This document shows positions 33,306 through 35,240 of a stretch of 35,240 nucleotides of DNA, in pieces. Both the position numbers and the translations under genes were made by a program. The DNA is taken from the NCBI GenBank assembly GCA_963741205.1, contig CAVUHW010000038.1:1-35240 (forward strand). The letters are read 5' to 3'. Below the pieces are notes generated by a model. That model was not told where the DNA came from and searched no databases. It saw nothing but the letters and a program-made list of their open reading frames with translations. The stretch comes from Nitrospirota bacterium. Its GTDB lineage: Bacteria; Nitrospirota; UBA9217. Each line of letters opens with the position of its first letter. The stretch's first letter is position 1.

Positions 33306-34671
33306 ATGCGAAGCATTCTGATTATTGACGACGACAACACCATAACGATGGCGCTCCAGCACTATTTTCAATCCAGCGGCTGGGACGCCGCCGTGGCGCA
33401 AACCGGTGAAAAGGGGGTCGAGCTTGCCGACCAGACCGCCCCCGACATCATCCTTCTGGACATGAAGCTCCAGGACATGGACGGGATGGAGGTCCTGAAG
33501 CGGCTCAAGGCCCGGCAATGCCCGTCATCCGTCATCGTCATGACGGGATGGGGAAGCATCGGGAACGCGGTCGAAGCGGTCAAACTCGGCGCCGAACAGT
33601 ATCTCACCAAGCCGGTCGATCTCGTCGAGCTTTCCACGCTCACGGACCGGATCGCCGAGACGAGAAAGCTCAGGATCGAGAACGTTTATTACCAGCAGCG
33701 CATGGACCACCCCATCGTCGGGACCTCAACAGAGATCCACCAGCTCCGCCACATGATCGACCTGATGGCCGAGAACGCCGACACAACGACGCTGCTCCTG
33801 GGCGAGAGCGGGACAGGCAAGGAGCTCGTGGCCCGCGAGATCCACCGGCGGAGCCCGCGCCGCGAAAGGCCCTTCCTCGACATCAACTGCGCGGTGCTGT
33901 CCGAGACGCTCCTGGAGAGCGAAATCTTCGGCCACGAACGCGGCGCGTTCACGGACGCCCGCGAGCGCAAGCCGGGGCTTTTGGAAGTCGCCGACGGCGG
34001 CACGGTCTTCCTCGACGAGATCGGCGAGATGCCTTTGACCGTCCAGCCCAAACTGCTGAGGGTCCTTGAAACGCGGGCCTTTACGCGCCTCGGAGGCACC
34101 CGCGAGATCCGGGTGAACGTTCGCGTCATCGCGGCCACCAACAGGGACCTCGCCCGGGCGGTCGACGAGAAGCGCTTCCGCGAGGACCTCTACTACCGCC
34201 TCAAGGTATTTCCGGTAGACGTCCCCCCGCTGCGTGATCGGATGAGCGACGTCCCGCTTCTCGTCGACCACTTCGTGAACCTCTACAACGGCAAGCTGAA
34301 GAAAAACATCAGCGGCTTCACCTCCACGGCCATGGACCTCCTCGGAAGGCTATGCGTGGCCCGGGAACGTGCGGGAACTGAAGAACATCGTCGAACGCGC
34401 AATGGTCCTTTCCCAGGACGCTTTCCTGGACGCCCACCTGCTGCCGCCGGAGATCGCCGGCAGACGGTCCGCGTTCAGCTCGGAAGACGGCGCTTTGAAA
34501 ACAGCCCGCAGGACCGTCCAGCGACTGGACGAAATGGAACGGGACTACATCCTGGACGTGCTGGACGCGCATGAGGGCAACCGGTCGGTCACGGCAAGGG
34601 TCCTCGGCATCGCCCGTTCGACACTGCAGGACAAACTGAAAAAGTACGGCCTGGAGGAAACGTCGTCATGA
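33306..34671 (+). CDS. Sigma54-dependent response regulator (REC-AAA+-Fis HTH; NtrC/AtoC/ZraR family), frameshift near 34350
   Basis: ILIIDDD, LLDMKLQDMDG, GESGTGKE, INCA, ESEIFGHERGAFTDA, FLDEIGEM, FREDLYYRL, WPGNVREL, ARVLGIARSTLQDKLKKY. Confidence 0.95.
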
Positions 34672-35240
34672 AACGGAGCGCAGCTTCCGCGCGCCATGCT
34701 CCTCTGTTTATTTTTCTCTTTCTCTGTACGCCCGCGCTTCTTCCCGCCGCAACGACCGACGGCCTTATCATCGATCACGGGCCAAGGACGACCCGCAGCA
34801 TCGCCCTCACCTTCGACGCGTGCCCCACGGACCTGTCCGACGAATATGACGAGAAGGTCATCGACGTCCTGCTTCACGAACAGGTGCCGGCCACACTTTT
34901 TTTGAGCGGACGATGGGTGGAGAAAAACCCCGATAAGGCGAAGTTCCTGGCCACCATTCCGCAGTTCGAGATCGGGGAGCATAGTATCTATCACCCCCAC
35001 CTGCTGGAAAAGGACGACAGCGCGTCCTCCGGGAGCTGAAAAGGACCCAGGCGATCATCAAAAAGGTCACCGGCAGGACGCCGCGAGTATTTCCGGCCGC
35101 CCTACGGCGAGGCGGACGAGCGGGTGGCGACACTGGCGAAATCTATGGGGCTCACGACCGTACAGTACGACATCGCTTCGGGCGATCCCGACCCCTTGCT
35201 CTCGCCGGAAAGAATCGTGCGCGTTGTTCTGCGCGACGCG
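34668..35240 (+). CDS. Secreted polysaccharide deacetylase (NodB/CE4 family), runs off the window end, frameshifted
   Basis: Signal peptide, IALTFDAC, VPATLFLSG, EIGEHSIYHPHL, FRPPYGE on reconstruction, SGDPDP. ATGA overlap with the regulator. Confidence 0.88.

Overview
GC-rich bacterial chromosomal window. Gene content suggests an anaerobic diderm such as Nitrospirota or a deltaproteobacterial lineage (inference only). Most long genes carry single-base indel frameshifts, including essential ones (def, fmt, rpe, glnA), so this looks like an unpolished long-read assembly, and I rebuilt the genes across frames. Layout: (1) 1-6061, minus-strand housekeeping run def-fmt-DUF116-rsmB-PASTA protein-rpe-Re-citrate-synthase-like gene, with palindromic 7-bp-periodic repeats at five of six junctions. 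(2) A four-hairpin intergenic element, then a ~1150-aa TPR protein. (3) glnB-glnA with a tandem operator and a sigma54-like promoter. (4) Accessory block: tandem DUF190 protein, a candidate fluoride riboswitch with an unusually long P2 hairpin, TauE/SafE transporter, RidA, PaaK-like ligase. (5) A ~18-kb cation-homeostasis island: small membrane peptide-kdpFABC, mgtA with a long leader, PTS EIIA-like protein, outer-membrane porin, kdpDE, a sigma54-driven KimA-like K+ transporter, a His-box-less histidine kinase and an NtrC-type activator, followed by a polysaccharide deacetylase. No CRISPR array, tRNA, rRNA or transposase was seen.
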